Below are positions 1 through 13,370 of a stretch of 64,000 nucleotides of DNA, piece by piece. The position numbers and the translations under genes are program-made. Source of the stretch: Chiloscyllium plagiosum (lineage: Eukaryota); assembly GCF_004010195.1 (NCBI RefSeq), contig NC_057749.1:16577015-16641014 (forward strand), read 5' to 3'. Each line of letters begins with the position of its first letter. Within the stretch, counting starts at the first letter, position 1. Below the pieces are notes generated by a model. The model did not search any database. It was given only the letters and a program-made list of their open reading frames with translations, and was not told the DNA's origin.

Positions 1-140
1 GAGGTGGAGAGAGACAGTGGGGGAGGGCAGAGAGAGTAGGGGAGAGAGAGTGGGAGAAAAGGAAAGAATGTGGGGGGAGAGAGAGAGAGAGTTGGGGGGG
101 GAGAAGAGAAAGAATGGGTGTCGAAGAGGGAGAGAGAGTG
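1..140. repeat. GA-rich low-complexity tract
   Basis: Imperfect (GA)n and G runs. Confidence 0.85.
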
Positions 141-181
141 GGGTGTGCAAGTTATATTTGGCATGATATTTTAAAACGCAC

Positions 182-304
182 CTTAGCAATTGGTTTGATC
201 AGTACAGCTCCAGTTTTCTTGGTGACAGGTTGTCTGGTTTTTACGAGGTTGTCAATGAGGAGAGGGATTGTGGAAAAACTCTCACCATCAAATCGATACT
301 GAGA
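182..304 (-). CDS. FES: FES exon 12 equivalent (SH2 C-part); gene continues off the left edge
   Basis: 123 nt, SQYRFDGESFSTIPLLIDNLVKTRQPVTKKTGAVLIKPIAK; aacag| acceptor, AAG|gtgcgt donor. Confidence 0.97.
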
Positions 305-887
305 CTGTTGAGAAACAGAAGGAGATGAGAATGGCATTCACACATGCAAAATTCAGCTGTTTTCAATTCACATCATGAGCTGAAATTTATCAATTTTTCA
401 TAGTATGTATTAACTCATAAAATGGTTGTAATAATCTTTCTGCTGCAATCTGAATACCAATGAAGACTGGTCTGAATGCCTTGTAACCACATCGTCAGCT
501 TGATAATTGCATGCTAACACAAATTTTAGTGCACATGGTATAGCATGCACAGGATAGAGAACATTTCTTATTATACATTTATGTCGCAGAATAATGACCC
601 CATTTACAGATGGTTTAACTATAGAAAGATCTCTTCCTCTTCACCAAATACATTCTCATTGTCCCTGCTCTTGAAAGTAGATGTCCACTTCATCTCAATT
701 CCAACTTTGAACATGCAAATTAGGAGCAAGACTAGACCACGCAGCCCGTAAAGTCTGCTCCTCCATTCAATATGTTAATGATTGATTTAAATACTGCACA
801 TTCTCACCTTCCTCCAATAACCTGTGATCTACTTAATAAAAATCTGTGCCCCAACTAAGGATTGAACGCTCAACCTTTGGATTATGA

Positions 888-1072
888 TGTTAAAAATCAT
901 ACAACACCAGGTTATAGTCCAACAGGTTTATTTGGAAGCACTAGCTTTCAAGGCGCTGCTCCTTCCATTCCAAAAGCTAGTGATTCCAAATAAACCTGTT
1001 GGACTATAGCTGGGTGGTGTGTGACTTTTAACTTGTGTCCACCCCAGTCCAATACCGGCTCCTCCACATTCA
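888..1072. mobile_element. Penelope-derived fold-back mini element (family B: aataaacctgttggactataacctgg)
   Basis: Inverted copies of ...caccaggttatagtccaacaggtttatttggaa / ttccaaataaacctgttggactatag...; flanking repeat gattatga at 880-887 and 1073-1080. Confidence 0.7.
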
Positions 1073-1521
1073 GATTATGAGACTGGCATGCACTAATGGT
1101 AATTGATGAATTTGGAAGTGGTGGAATACAAAACCACAACTCTACAGAGGAGCTAAAATCCAGCATCTGAGACTGCTCAGCCAGGTTGTAACACCTCCTG
1201 CTGATTCCTGCTGGCTGACAGCTCCACAGGCACAAAACGCTCAAATAGCCTATTCTTCATTTTTATCTCTTCCCAATGACTGCACATGTGTGCATGCACA
1301 TTCCATTGGTATGGGTGAGAATATGTGGAGAAGGCATCTTCCACCCTAATTCTACAATTGATTGTTTCTTCAAAGCAAGGAATTCTGATTCCAATTATTA
1401 CTCTTCCAATACAGAGCTGCAGTAATTCACCATACAGCAAGGATCAAGCAATTGCTTAATATCAGCCATGGGGAAGAAGTTGTTTTAGGGGAATTTACAG
1501 ATCACCACCCTAGTTGCCCTA

Positions 1522-1773
<252 letters not shown>

Positions 1774-2566
1774 TTAGGATCATTTAATCAAAGGGCAGAA
1801 CAAGTCTCAATCTAGTTCTGAAGATGGTGTCTTTGGAAGAGAGTGGAGGTAGCCTTCAAGCACAGGATCACAGTTTACAAAATACCCAAAGCTTTGTGCA
1901 AAGTTATTAATTGGAGTAAGCTCCCTATAGGTTAGTTACCTTGTTGTTATGACTTTGGTAGTAGGAGTGCATTGGAAATCAAACCCAACCAATCTGTGAG
2001 CCATACCAAAAGTGAACATATCTTAATCAATCGTCAAATATGGTCAAATTGTTTCACATTATTATTATTAACCAGATCAAAAGTGACTTCCAACAGGCTT
2101 TTCAATAAAATCAAAAAAAATTGTTTATTCTAGACAGACATTATTTAAATAAGTAACAAACTGGTTTCACCTGAGCTACAATGCAAATTGAATTATATTC
2201 CCCCAATCCCAAAAACACACATTTATACTTGAAAATGCAGAGCTTTTGTGGGTGGGGAAAATATTAGGCAGAAAGGCAAGCAAAACACCTCCCTTGCAGG
2301 TCAAGGAGTGAACTTAGAAATTGACTTCTTACAGTTTCTTTGAATTCCTTTTAACAATATTTGATTGGTAACAGTTGCAGAATAATAAAAAAAGTCTTTG
2401 GACTAGATTTCAGATTCAGTTAAGGAACAGTTAGGAGTCCAGATATTTGAAACTTTCAAACTGCTTCACTGAGGGATATAATGCTACTTTCAGCCTCAAG
2501 GTCTGATTCTCACTGACAGCGAGAGAGAGAGAGAGAGGAGAGAGAACTCCACCCTTGCAAGTATTT

Positions 2567-3426
2567 TCAGTCACATAGTGTGCAGGGTGTTCTAGCTAGG
2601 TGGATAAAGAACTGGTTGAGCAAAGGGAGACAGAGAGTAGTAGTTGAAGGGAGTTTTTCGAAATGGAGAAAGGTGACCAGTGGTGTTCCACAGGGGTCAG
2701 TATTGGGGCCACTGTTGTTTGTAATATACATAAATGATCTAGAAGAGGGCACTGTTGGTATGATCAGCAAGTTTGCAGATGACACAAAGATTGGTGGAGT
2801 GGCAGAAAGCATAAGGGACTGTCAGAGANNNNNNNNNNNNNNNNNNNNNNNNNNNNNNNNNNNNNNNNNNNNNNNNNNNNNNNNNNNNNNNNNNNNNNNN
2901 NNNNNNNNNNNNNNNNNNNNNNNNNNNNNNNNNNNNNNNNCTTTGGAGAGGGTGCAGAGAAGGTTCACGCGGATGTTGCCTGGTATGGAAGGTGCTAGCT
3001 ATGAAGAGAGGTTGAGTAGGTTTAGGTTTATTTTCACTAGAAAAAAGGAGATTGAGGGGGGACCTGATTGAGGTTTACAAAATCATGAAGGGTACAGACA
3101 GGATGGATAGAGACAAGCTTTTTCCCAGGGTGAAGGATTCAGTAACGAGAGGTCATGCTTTCAAGGTGAGAGGTGGAAAGTTTAAGGGGGATACATGCAG
3201 CAAGTACTTCACACAGAGGATGGTGGGCATTTGGAACGCGTTGCTAGCAGAGGTGGTAGTGGCAGGCACGGTAGATTAATTTATGATGCATCTGGACAGA
3301 TGCATGAGTAGGTGGGGAGCAGAGGGATACAAATGCTTAGGAATTGACTGACAGGTTTAGACAGTACAGTTGGATCGGCTCAGGCTTGGAGGGCCGAAGG
3401 GCCTGTAGATTTTCTTTGTTCTTTGT
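2567..3426 (+). mobile_element. CR1-clade LINE 3' fragment (RT), contains a gap
   Basis: [21 protein letters not shown] and RGDLIEVYKI motifs; short-repeat 3' tail. Confidence 0.93.
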
Positions 3427-3984
3427 ACCCAAAACATCTGGTATGCACTGAAAAACACTCAACACCTCAATCCAGAGGCTGTTGCTAGTGATAGCAACAT
3501 AGATCCATTTGGGTTTTCTAGGTCTGTTAGCTCAACAATTTAAGTAATACCTCTCTCCACAAATCTTTGCTTCAACTCTACTTTCCAAAATCACAAATAG
3601 ACCACAGTCTCTTCAATAGTTTGGCTTTCCTGTTTGAGCCAATCAAATGATAAATCCTTTGCAACCCAGTAATATCTAGATGTGTCCATATTCCAATGCC
3701 CATCATCCCATAAATATATACAGAACCAACACTGTAAAATTATGAAGCAGGTTGGGAGGGGGGGAATGGCAATCATTTGCCCCAAAACTCTTGAGCTGGT
3801 AGTTGGGTGATCTATGTGCAGGGAGGTTGTTTGTGGTGATGGGGAGGTAAAAGATCAGCCTGAACTCTCCTGGGATTGTCACGATTTCACTGTGGTCAAT
3901 GGGCTAGATTTGCTCCACTCACAGTTAGCATTTTAGGTTCTGAATCAATATCAGCCAGATGTGTTTGAAGACGATGACTGGTTT

Positions 3985-5053
3985 GTAAGGTTAGATCGCA
4001 TGGAATCCAGGGAGAGATAGCCAATGGATACAAAATTGGCTTGATGGTAGAGGCTGGTGGTAGTGGGTTGTTATTCAGACTGGAGGCTTGTGAGCAGCGT
4101 TACGCCACGAGGATCAGTTCCGAGTCTACTGTTGTTAGTAATTTATATCAAGATTTCGATGAAAATATAGGAGGTATGGTAGTAAGTTTGCAGATGACAC
4201 CAAAAATGGTGGTATAGAGGACTGTGAAGAAGGTTATTTCACAGTACAATGAGATCTTGATCAGGTGGGCCAATGGATTGAGAAGTGGCAGATGAAGCTT
4301 AATTTGGATAAGCACAACTTGTTGCATTTTGGGAAGGCAAACCAGGGCAGGACTTACACAGTTAACGGTCAGGTTCTGGGGAGTGTTGTTGAACAGAGGG
4401 AGCTAGGGATGCAGGTTCCTTGAAAGTGGTGTCACAAGTTGACAGGGAGGTGAAGGCGGCGTTTGGCACACTTGCCTTTGTCAGCCAGCGTGTTGACTAC
4501 AGGAGTTGGGATGTCATGTTACAGCTGTATAAGGCAATGGTAAGGCCATATTTGCACTACTGCTTAAAATTGTGGTCGCCCTGCTATAAGAAGAATGTTG
4601 TTAAACTAGGAAGAGTACAGAAAAATTTACAAGAGGCTGGGAATTGTTCCTTAGAGCTTCAGAGGCTAAGCGGTGGCCTTATAGAAGTTTATAAAATCAT
4701 GAGGGGCATAGATAGGGGAAATAACCAAGATATTTTTCCAAGGGTAGGAGAGTCCACAACTAGGGGGCATAAGTTTAATGTGAGAGGGGAAAGATTTAAA
4801 AGAGACCTGAGGGGCAACCTTTTCACACGGAGGATGGTGCATGTATGGAATGAGATGCAAAAACAAGTGGTAGTGGTGGGTATAATTACAATATTTAAAA
4901 GACATTTGTACAGGTACACGAATAGAAAAGGTTTAGAGGAAAGGTTTAGGTCAATCATAGGCAAATGGGACTAGTTCAGTTTAGGATGCCTGCTCTGCAT
5001 GGACGAGTTGGACCGAAAGGTCTGTTTCCATGCTGTATGACTCTATGACTCTA
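3985..5053 (+). mobile_element. CR1-clade LINE 3' fragment
   Basis: Degenerate RT C-terminus (ORF 4420-4974); tail ctgtatgactctatgactcta. Confidence 0.92.
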
Positions 5054-5252
5054 ATTTACAAATGGAACAGAATGACTCGTGGGTTATTTGGGAAGTTGGA
5101 CAACTCAATTTTATTCATTGTTAACCATTTCAGCTTATATGAATGGGGAGGAGGCCATGTTCCACCTACATCCCTTGGTTCAGTCACATTTCAATGTAGA
5201 AAAGTCTGCCAAGAAACTTATGTTTCAGAATTCATGGGAAAATGCCACTTAC

Positions 5253-5330
5253 ACTGAACTTGGGTTTGAATAGTCCGGAGAAATGTGTCTTCAGTGTTTC
5301 CAAGGATGAGGCTTTGACACCATCTTTCCC
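5253..5330 (-). CDS. FES: FES exon 10 equivalent (linker)
   Basis: 78 nt, GKDGVKASSLETLKTHFSGLFKPKFS (compare human ...TLEILKSHISGIFRPKFS); gaaag| acceptor, |gtaagt donor, phase 0-0. Confidence 0.93.
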
Positions 5331-5644
5331 CTTTCAAAGGAAGATAAACAGATTAGCACAAAATCAGAACTGGGAAATGCTGAAAATATGCAGTAGGCTC
5401 TGTCAGCATCTGTAAAGAAAATGACAGGTTCCTATAATTCAGAGGCTATAGTGGGTAGGAGCATTAGAATTTGGGCCACTGCAGGTTGCAGTCTTTGAAC
5501 TGGGGAATTTGTATCTAAATAAACATTTTAAAAAAAACTTGCACTTCACAAATAACTGATTGGCTGTGAATTGTGCTAAGTTACTTTGAAGACACACAAC
5601 ATCACTACAAACTCTTCTCCATGTAGATAACAATCGAAACTCAC

Positions 5645-5831
5645 AACTGAGGAGTTGGAATATCTGTCCTCCTCTAACTGCAGGGCTGGCGGAGGCTCCT
5701 TGTCTCCCAGCTCTTTCAGCTTCTGCACCAGAATCAGACGCTGTGCCTCCAACCTACCCTTGTTGCACAGAAGGACCTGGACCTGTTGTCTGCTTTCCTC
5801 CAAAGCACATTTCTTGCTGAAGATGTAAACA
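5645..5831 (-). CDS. FES: FES exon 9 equivalent (FX)
   Basis: 187 nt, VYIFSKKCALEESRQQVQVLLCNKGRLEAQRLILVQKLKELGDKEPPPALQLEEDRYSNSSV; tgcag| acceptor, |gtgagt donor, phase 2-0. Confidence 0.96.
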
Positions 5832-6027
5832 CTGCAATAGAGCAGATAGAATGCTTTTAACAGGAAAAAAAAGAGACAATCCAGAAACAAAGTATATATA
5901 AGGAACAGGACCAGGGGTAGACTATTTGACCCCTCAGATCTCCTCCAGTGGTATTCAACACAATTATGCTGATCTCCTACTTAATTCCACTTTTCCACCG
6001 GCTCGTAGGTACATGTGACTTTCTCAC

Positions 6028-6150
6028 CGTGATCTACAGCCACTTGATTGCTCCTCCGCTGTTACTTCCGTGGAGATCTGTCTGATAGTTGCCTGTCGGT
6101 TGTCAATGGTTTCTTTCAGAGATTGCAACTCTTCCTCCAGAGATGTTAGA
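6028..6150 (-). CDS. FES: FES exon 8 equivalent (FX coiled coil)
   Basis: 123 nt, LTSLEEELQSLKETIDNRQATIRQISTEVTAEEQSSGCRS(R); cctag| acceptor, CG|gtgaga donor, phase 2-2. Confidence 0.94.
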
Positions 6151-6271
6151 CTAGGGGCATAAAGAAAATAAATCTGTACAGTACCTACCAGGAATATGAA
6201 GATTGTTCTGTTATTGGTTATTGTTCTATTGTGATGCCATTCTTTATCGCAAATGTACACATGTGCGCTTT

Positions 6272-6385
6272 AGGGGCTCTTGGCACAGTAGTAGTGCCCC
6301 CCTGAGTGGGGTGCCAGGTTCAAGTTCCACCTGTCCCAGAGAAGTGTCATGAAAAGTTTGAATAGGTTGATTAAAAATATCTACA
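6272..6385 (+). mobile_element. Short tRNA-like SINE copy
   Basis: A-box-like tggcacagtagtag and B-box-like ggttcaagttc; paralogous to 6520-6636, both ending aaatatcta. Confidence 0.55.
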
Positions 6386-6452
6386 ACAGAATACTTTGGT
6401 AATTCTAACACATATAATATGTTTAGCCTCTGCTGTACTAGTCATAATCAGA

Positions 6453-6512
6453 TCTGATCTTGGAAGCTAAGCAGACTCAGACCTAGTTAGTACTTGGATG
6501 GGAGACTGCCTG
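6453..6512 (+). pseudogene. 5S rRNA-derived fragment (internal control region)
   Basis: tctgatcttggaagctaagcagactcagacctagttagtacttggatgggagactgcctg aligns by eye with vertebrate 5S TCTGATCTCGGAAGCTAAGCAGGGTCGGGCCTGGTTAGTACTTGGATGGGAGACCGCCTG; both ends of 5S missing. Confidence 0.88.
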
Positions 6513-6519
6513 TTTTCAA

Positions 6520-6636
6520 TGGCTGTTGAGGTGCAGTGGCAGTGCCCCTCCCTCTGCACCAGAAGGCTAGGTTTAAGCCCTACCTACTCCAGAGGTGTGT
6601 CATTGCATATCTAAATAGGGTTACTAGAAATATCTA
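6520..6636 (+). mobile_element. Short tRNA-like SINE copy abutting the 5S fragment
   Basis: ggtgcagtggcag A-box, ggtttaagccc B-box-like; paralog of 6272-6385. Confidence 0.55.
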
Positions 6637-6768
6637 CGTTTGCATGTATACAGACAGAACCTGTGTTCACACCAAATGTAAGATGCATTTGTTTACAAAG
6701 ATGCACGAACACTGACACATACGCACACACACTAATAGGTGTAGAATGGTTCTGGAGAAGCCACTTAC

Positions 6769-6888
6769 CTGTGTTGCACTGATTCAATGGTCAAGTCGTT
6801 GAGCTCCAACTCTCCCACCTGCAAATTGTCCAAGTCCTCAAGGAGGCTAGTGTCAAAGCTAGCAAGTGGAGGGACCTCAGCCACTGAC
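6769..6888 (-). CDS. FES: FES exon 7 equivalent
   Basis: 120 nt, SVAEVPPLASFDTSLLEDLDNLQVGELELNDLTIESVQH; gacag| acceptor, CAG|gtaagt donor, phase 2-2. Confidence 0.96.
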
Positions 6889-7433
6889 CTGTCAATTAGG
6901 AAAGAAAAGGATTCAGAAAGGAACAAAATGACGACAAGCCTTGTTTAGAAGTGTCTCATTTCTCAAGTCCTTGCCAGGTGTGGAGTTGAGCCACTTGATC
7001 AGCGAAAGTGCCAGAATCAGACTCTGATCTTAGTCAGTGAGGGCAATGGAGTTAACAGTGACCACAGCAGTCTTAGAGTGGACTGAATTGTGGGGAAGGT
7101 TGAAAATCAGCCAGGGATCATGCTCACAATGGCTATGGGAACCTCATATGTGAATATTAGTCTCAACAGCTATGATTTCTGTGGTCAAATAGCCCGGACA
7201 ATAACTGTCCTGGCTGTCAGGTAAAGCGGAGCCACTGAGAAAACTACTGAGAGTAGGTGACTGGTACACCCAGTCAGTGTCTTCAGGAGAGAAGTAAGGA
7301 AGCTCCTGAAAAGCACTATTTTCACGGCATGTATAATTACCATAAATATTGGAGGTATTAGGAACAAAGTTTTGTAGCCTTATCAAATCAAAGATGCAAG
7401 TACGGAGTGAGGTGTGCACCTAGAAGCTCAAAC

Positions 7434-7571
7434 CTGTTTTGCTCAATGAAGCTCTCATATTCTTTGTGTGGGTCAATGGCCTCAATGGCATCACTGATCT
7501 CCCGATGAACAGTCACCACTTCCTCCTGGATCAGGCTGCTAATCTCCTGATATTCCTGCAAAATCTCTTTC
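7434..7571 (-). CDS. FES: FES exon 6 equivalent (F-BAR)
   Basis: 138 nt, KEILQEYQEISSLIQEEVVTVHREISDAIEAIDPHKEYESFIEQN(R); cacag| acceptor, CAG|gtttga donor, phase 2-2. Not in the ORF track; read by hand. Confidence 0.96.
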
Positions 7572-8261
7572 CTGTGGATAATAACGGAACAGAATGCAGT
7601 GAGTGCATTGCTACCTGTTCAAAGATATTCCATCAGGTTCAAACTGCCATCACATCCTTCCCTATTCCAAAACGTTTGCCAATAAACCCCAACTGCTGAT
7701 CCATTTAAATTTAGGTCCGGCCAAAATCCTGGGGTAGAAATTCATCTGGGTCACACATTGTGTTCTCCTCCTGAAACTTAGTTCCAGCAAATGCAATAAG
7801 TCTGAATATTAGCTATGATGCCACCTGTATAAATATATAACTTTGATAAAGTGAATGGGAAGGGCTTATTTACCTCATCAGAGAGGTCAACAACTAGGGG
7901 GTTTAGATTTGAAGTATTTGGTAGAAGGATTAGAAGGGACATGAGGAATAATTTGTTTTAACCTAGAAGGTGATGAAAGGCTGAAACTCATTGTCTAAAA
8001 GTGCAGGAGAGTTTGAAACCATGAACATTCAAAAAATGTCCAGATCTCAAGTGCCATAACCTGCAGGGCTACAGAGCCAATGAAGGTTAGGCAATGTGGC
8101 TCATTTTTTGGCTGCTGCAGATATGAAAATGGCCATGTCTGTGCTGGGAATCTTCTGTGATTTCCACACCAAATCACAGAATGAAGGATCATACTGACAC
8201 CACTTTGATTCTTCGAAAGAGCTCTCTCTCATCTCACAATTCACCAAATTCATCCACTAAT

Positions 8262-10420
8262 AGGGACCATGAGTCCATAAGACCATTAGACATGGCAGCA
8301 GAAGAGAACCAATTGGCACATCGAGTGTACTCCACCATCTAATGGAATCATAGCTGATCTACAAATCCTCAACATTTTGGTACAATAAAGAGGGGTAGGG
8401 TTTATACGATTAATGGTAGGGCTTAGATCGTGTTGTAGAACAGAGACACCTAGAGGTGCAGGTACATAATTCTTTGAAGTTTGTGCCACATATAGACAGG
8501 ATGGTTAAAAAGTTGTTTGGCATGCTTGGCTTCATTGCTCAATCCTTTGAGTATAAGAGTTGGGAAGTCATGTTGAAGTTGTATAAGACATTGGAGAGGC
8601 CTCTTCTGGAATACTGTTTCCAGCTCTGGTTGCCCAGTTATAGGAAAGATATTATTAAGCTGGAGAGGTTTCAAAAGAGATTTACCAGGATGTTGCTGGA
8701 TTTGGAAGTTTGAGTTATAAAAGAAAGGCTAGATAGGCTGGAGCTTACTAAAGCTTAGAAGGTTAAAAGGCAACCTGATAGAAGTTTATAAAATAATGAG
8801 AGGTATTGATAGACATAATAGTCGTTATCTTTTCCCTAGGATGGGTGATTTCAAGAATGATAAGAGAAAGATTTTAAAAAAGACATGAGGGGAAAATCTT
8901 TTACACAGAGGCTGGTTCAAGTGTAGAATGAACTTCCTAAGGAAGTGGTACAACTAGTGTTTAAAAGACATTTACATAAGTACATGAATAGGAAAGGTTT
9001 GGAGGAAAACAGCCAGGAGCAGGCAGGTAGGACTAGTTTAGTTTGGGATTATGTTCAGCACGGACTGATTGGAATGAAGGGTCTGTTTCCGTACTGTGTG
9101 ACTCTAAAATTTCACTTTCCTGCCCTTTCCCCACAACCCTTGATTCCCTTACTGATTAAAAATCTGTCTCAGCCTTGAACATATTTAACAACTGAGCTTC
9201 TATAGCCCTCTGCAGTAAAGAATTCTACAGATTCACTGTCTTCTGAGAGAAGAAATTCCTTCTCATCTCTGTCCTAACTCAGTGATCCCTTACTCAGATT
9301 ATGCCCTTTCATCCTAGACTCAACCACAAGGAAAACCAAACCTTCCAGATCTACGTTGTCAAGCCCTGTAAAACATTGAAATTTCAACCAGGTTGACTTT
9401 TCTTCTTCTATACTCTAATGCGTAGAGACCTAGCCTACTCAACCTCTCTCTTTTCATAGCTAGGATTAACTCAGCAAACCTTCTCTGCATAGCCTCCAAC
9501 CTTTAATTAAGGGGACAAAAAGTGTTCACACTATTCTAAGTATGGTCTAACTAGCGCCTTGTATAGTTTTAGCAAGACTTCCCTATTTTCATGCTCCATT
9601 TCTCTGAAATGAAGGCAAATTCCATTCCTGCAGAACTTGGATGGTAGCCTTTTGCGATTCATGCTTTCATTAATTTGAGGACTTTCTGCAGCCTTTCTCC
9701 ATTTAAATAATATTCATCTCCTCTGTCCTTCCTGCCATAGTGCATAACCTCACATTTTCCCACATCATATTCCATCTGCCAAGTATTTGCTGACTCACTT
9801 AACCTGTCTATATCCCTTGTATACAGTTTATATCACCCTCAACACTTACCTACCCACTTATTTTATGACATCTGCAAATTCAGTGATAGTATATTCACTT
9901 TCCTCATCCAAGTCGGTTAGGTCAGGAGAGGTTTTGTACTTCAAGTTGACTGGACGGCTGTGGTACACTTGCTAAGGTTACTAGGAAGGCCCTGCCTTCT
10001 CAACCTTGCCCCTTACCTGAGGTGTTGTGACCCTCAAGTTAAACTCATCACGAATCATCTCTCTCTAATGAGAAAGCAAATCTATAATCCTTTGAGAGAT
10101 TGTGATGACTACTTTTTTTTAGTAAAACTTCATGTCATTCAGATATATTGTAATGGTGTCCCCACCACAGACCCTGACAGCACTTAACTAGTTACAGGTA
10201 GCCATCTTGAAAATGTCCCTTCTATTCAACTTTCTGTGTATATTAGTTAGCCAGTCCTCTATCTATGCTAACAATACTACCCACAACGTATGGGCTTTTA
10301 TCTTATTAAGTAGCCTTATGCATGGTGCCTCATCAAATGCACTCCAGAAATTCAAATATTATCGCATCTATTGGTTCTCTTTCATCTATCCTGTTTGTTA
10401 TCTATTCAAAGAATTCTAAC
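8262..10420 (-). mobile_element. Old CR1-clade LINE fragment, interrupted by younger insertions
   Basis: Reverse-complemented CR1 3' end at ~8270-8370 resumes at ~9110 and runs through degenerate RT to ~10420. Confidence 0.7.
8375..9106 (+). mobile_element. CR1-clade LINE 3' fragment nested in an older CR1
   Basis: LYKTLERPLLEYC...FTRML motif (ORF 8456-8713); tail gtactgtgtgactcta. Confidence 0.9.
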
Positions 10421-11941
10421 AAATTTGCATTTTAATGTATGAGAATTTGAGCTGGATGAGATTGATTAGTTTTATGCTATTTTATTATGACCTCAGACAT
10501 GTAAATCACATACCTACTCCAAAAACCTAAAGTACAGAAAATTCCCAAGCATCCTCACACAATACACATATGTACATACACACCGAACACATGCACACTC
10601 AGACAGAATACACACCCAATATGCGATCAACATATATACCAACAGATGCACCACACACATACATACACACGTGACAGGTAAAGTCACCATAGTCCTGTTG
10701 AGCCATTGGCTACTTTCATTAGAGAGAGTCAGCTGCTGGTTTAACCTGAGAATCACCATGCCTCAGGCAAGGGGCAAACTTGAGAAGGGAGCTTCATGCT
10801 CACTTCAGCCAGTATAAGAGTTGAACCCATGCTGCTGGTGTCACTCTGCATTGCAAACCAGCTGCCTAGCCAACTTGCCGAAACAACCCTCTTCAACATA
10901 TACACACCCAAAATATACACACTCCACAATTACCTACACATACAAAAACCACACAGCACATGGACTCATACATGTACACAGCCAGGCACACAAACACACA
11001 TAAATTCACACACTGAACACACATACAGTGCAATCAACCTCCCTAGCGAAGGAAGCCTGTAGATGATCAATTGCTATCCTATTTGATGGAGGGAGGAGGG
11101 GCCAACAGCACCAAATGAATCCTAATGATGGGAATGCTCTTAAGGGAAATGGAAAATGTCATGCTGGTGCAGCAGAGGGAGCTCTATCATTGGGTTCATT
11201 TTAATGAGCAGCTTGACGAAGAATGTTGCAGTGACCAAGCAGCTACATTAGAACATAGAATATAGAACATTACAGCGCAGTACAGGCCCTTCAGCCCTCG
11301 ATGTTGAGCCGACCTGTGAACTCAATCTGAAGCCCATCTAACCCACACTATTCCATTCTTGTTCATATGCTTATCCAATGACCATTTAAATGGCCTTAAA
11401 GTTGATGAGTCTACTACAGTTGCAGGCAGTGTGTTCCAAGCCCCAGTACTCTCTGAGTAAAGAAACTACCTCTGACATCTGTCCTATATCACTAGTCATC
11501 ACCACCCGAGGAAAATGGCTCTCACTGTTCAACTTATCTAACCCTCTGATTATCTTATATGTCTCTATTAAGTCACTTTTCAACCTTCTTCTCTCTTGAC
11601 GAAAACAGCCTCAAGTCCCTCAGCCTTTCCTCGCAAGACCTTCCCTCCATACCAGGCAATATCCTAGTAAATCTCCTCTGAATCCTTTCCAGAGCTTCCA
11701 CATCCTTCCCACAATGCTGTATAAACCAGAACTGTAAGCAATACTCCAAGTGTGGCCGCACCAGAGTTTTGTATAGCTGCAGCATGACCTCTTGGTTCCG
11801 AACTTCAATCTCTCTACCAATAAAAGTTAACACACCATACACCTTCTTAACAACCTTATCAAGCTGGGTAACAACTTTCAAGGATCTATGTACCTGGACA
11901 CCGAGATCTCCCTGTTCATCTGCACCAACAAGAACCTTACC

Positions 11942-12320
11942 GACAGCCTCACACAGGGCACCTCACACTTTCAATGCATAATCTGGGCCAACATGGCACC
12001 TATTGTTAAAGTTCCCTTGAGAATGTAACTTTAAGAAAGTTCTGGGATTTACATATGAAAGAACTGAAACCAACATGCCCACTTTAAAAGATGAGAGACT
12101 TAAACAATCCAGGTCTTTTTCAATATATAATTTCAGTTACATCAGACTATAAACTTGTGCTATAAATTTTGTGTCCTACAATCTTATACTCCACAACCAC
12201 CTGATGAAGGAGCAGCGCTCCAAAAGCTTCTTCTTCCAAATAAACCTGTTGGACCAAAACCTGGTGTGTTGTGTGATTTTTAACTTTGTACACTCCAGTC
12301 CAAAACCAGCACCTCCAAAT
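11942..12320 (+). mobile_element. Penelope-like 3' terminal fragment (family B) inside CR1
   Basis: Ends cacctgatgaaggagcagcgctccaaaagc...taaacctgttgg...; homologous to 15240-15545 and 31570-32250. Confidence 0.7.
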
Positions 12321-13041
12321 CAAGAATCTTACCATTAGCCCAGTACTCTGCATTCCTGTTACCCCATCCAAAGTGAATCACCTCACACTTTTCCGCATTA
12401 AACTCCATTTGCCACCTATCAGCCCAGCTCAGCAGTTTATCTATGTCCCTCTGTAACCTACAACATCCTTCGTCACTATCTACATGACCTTAGTGTCATC
12501 CACAAATTCACTAAGCCATCCTTCTATGCCCTCATCCAGGTAATTTATAAAAATGACAAACAACAGTGGACCCAAAACTGACCCTTGCGGTACACCACTA
12601 GTAATTGAACTCCAGGATGAATATTTCCCACCAATCACCACCCTCTATCTTCTTTCAGCTAGCCAATTTCTGATCCAAACTGCTAAATCACCCTCAATCC
12701 TACTGTGGGGAACCTTACCAAATGCCTTACTGAAATCCATATACACCACATCAACCACTTTACCCTCATTGACCTGTTTAGTCACCTTCTCAAAGAACTC
12801 AGTACAGTTTGTGAGGCATGGCCTACCTGCATAAAACTACCTCTGATCAAATTATTCCTTTCTAGGTGATTATAAATCCTCTCTCTTATAACCCTTTCCA
12901 ACACTTTTCCCACAATTGAAGTAAGGCTCACAGGTCTATAATTTCCAGGGTTATCTCTACTCCCATTCTTGAACAAGGGAACAACATTTGCTATCCTGCA
13001 GTCTTCTGGCACTAATCCTGTAAACAATAACAACATAAAGA

Positions 13042-13370
13042 GTGGGCGGCACAGTGGTTAGCACTGCTGCCTCACAGTGCCAGAGACCCGGGTTCAATTC
13101 CCGCCTCAGGCGACTGACTGTATGGAGTTTGCACATTCTCCCCGTGTCTGCATGTGTTTCCTCCGGGTGCTCCGGTCTCCTCCCACAGTCCACAAATGTG
13201 CAGGTTAGGTGAATTGGCCATGCTAAATTGCCCCTAGTGTTAGGTGCAGGGGTAAATGTAGGGGAATGGGTCTGGGTGGGTGCGCTTTGGTGGTTTCGTG
13301 TAGATTTGTTGGGCCAAAGGGCCTGTTTTCACTCTGTAATCTAATCTAATCTGTAAGTAATCTAATCTAA
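13042..13370 (+). mobile_element. HE1-type V-SINE (tRNA-derived)
   Basis: ggcacagtggttagcactgctgcc A-box, gggttcaattcc B-box, V-domain tggagtttgcacattctccccgtgtctgc, CR1-like tail (aatct)n. Confidence 0.9.

Noticed and set aside
2060..2565. Possible LTR interrupted by the CR1 at 2567 (similarly 16700-17240)
   Set aside because: LTR-like texture, but I could not fix TG..CA ends or a TSD.
6453..6512. Functional 5S rRNA gene
   Set aside because: Only about half of 5S is present, with several substitutions and no tandem array.
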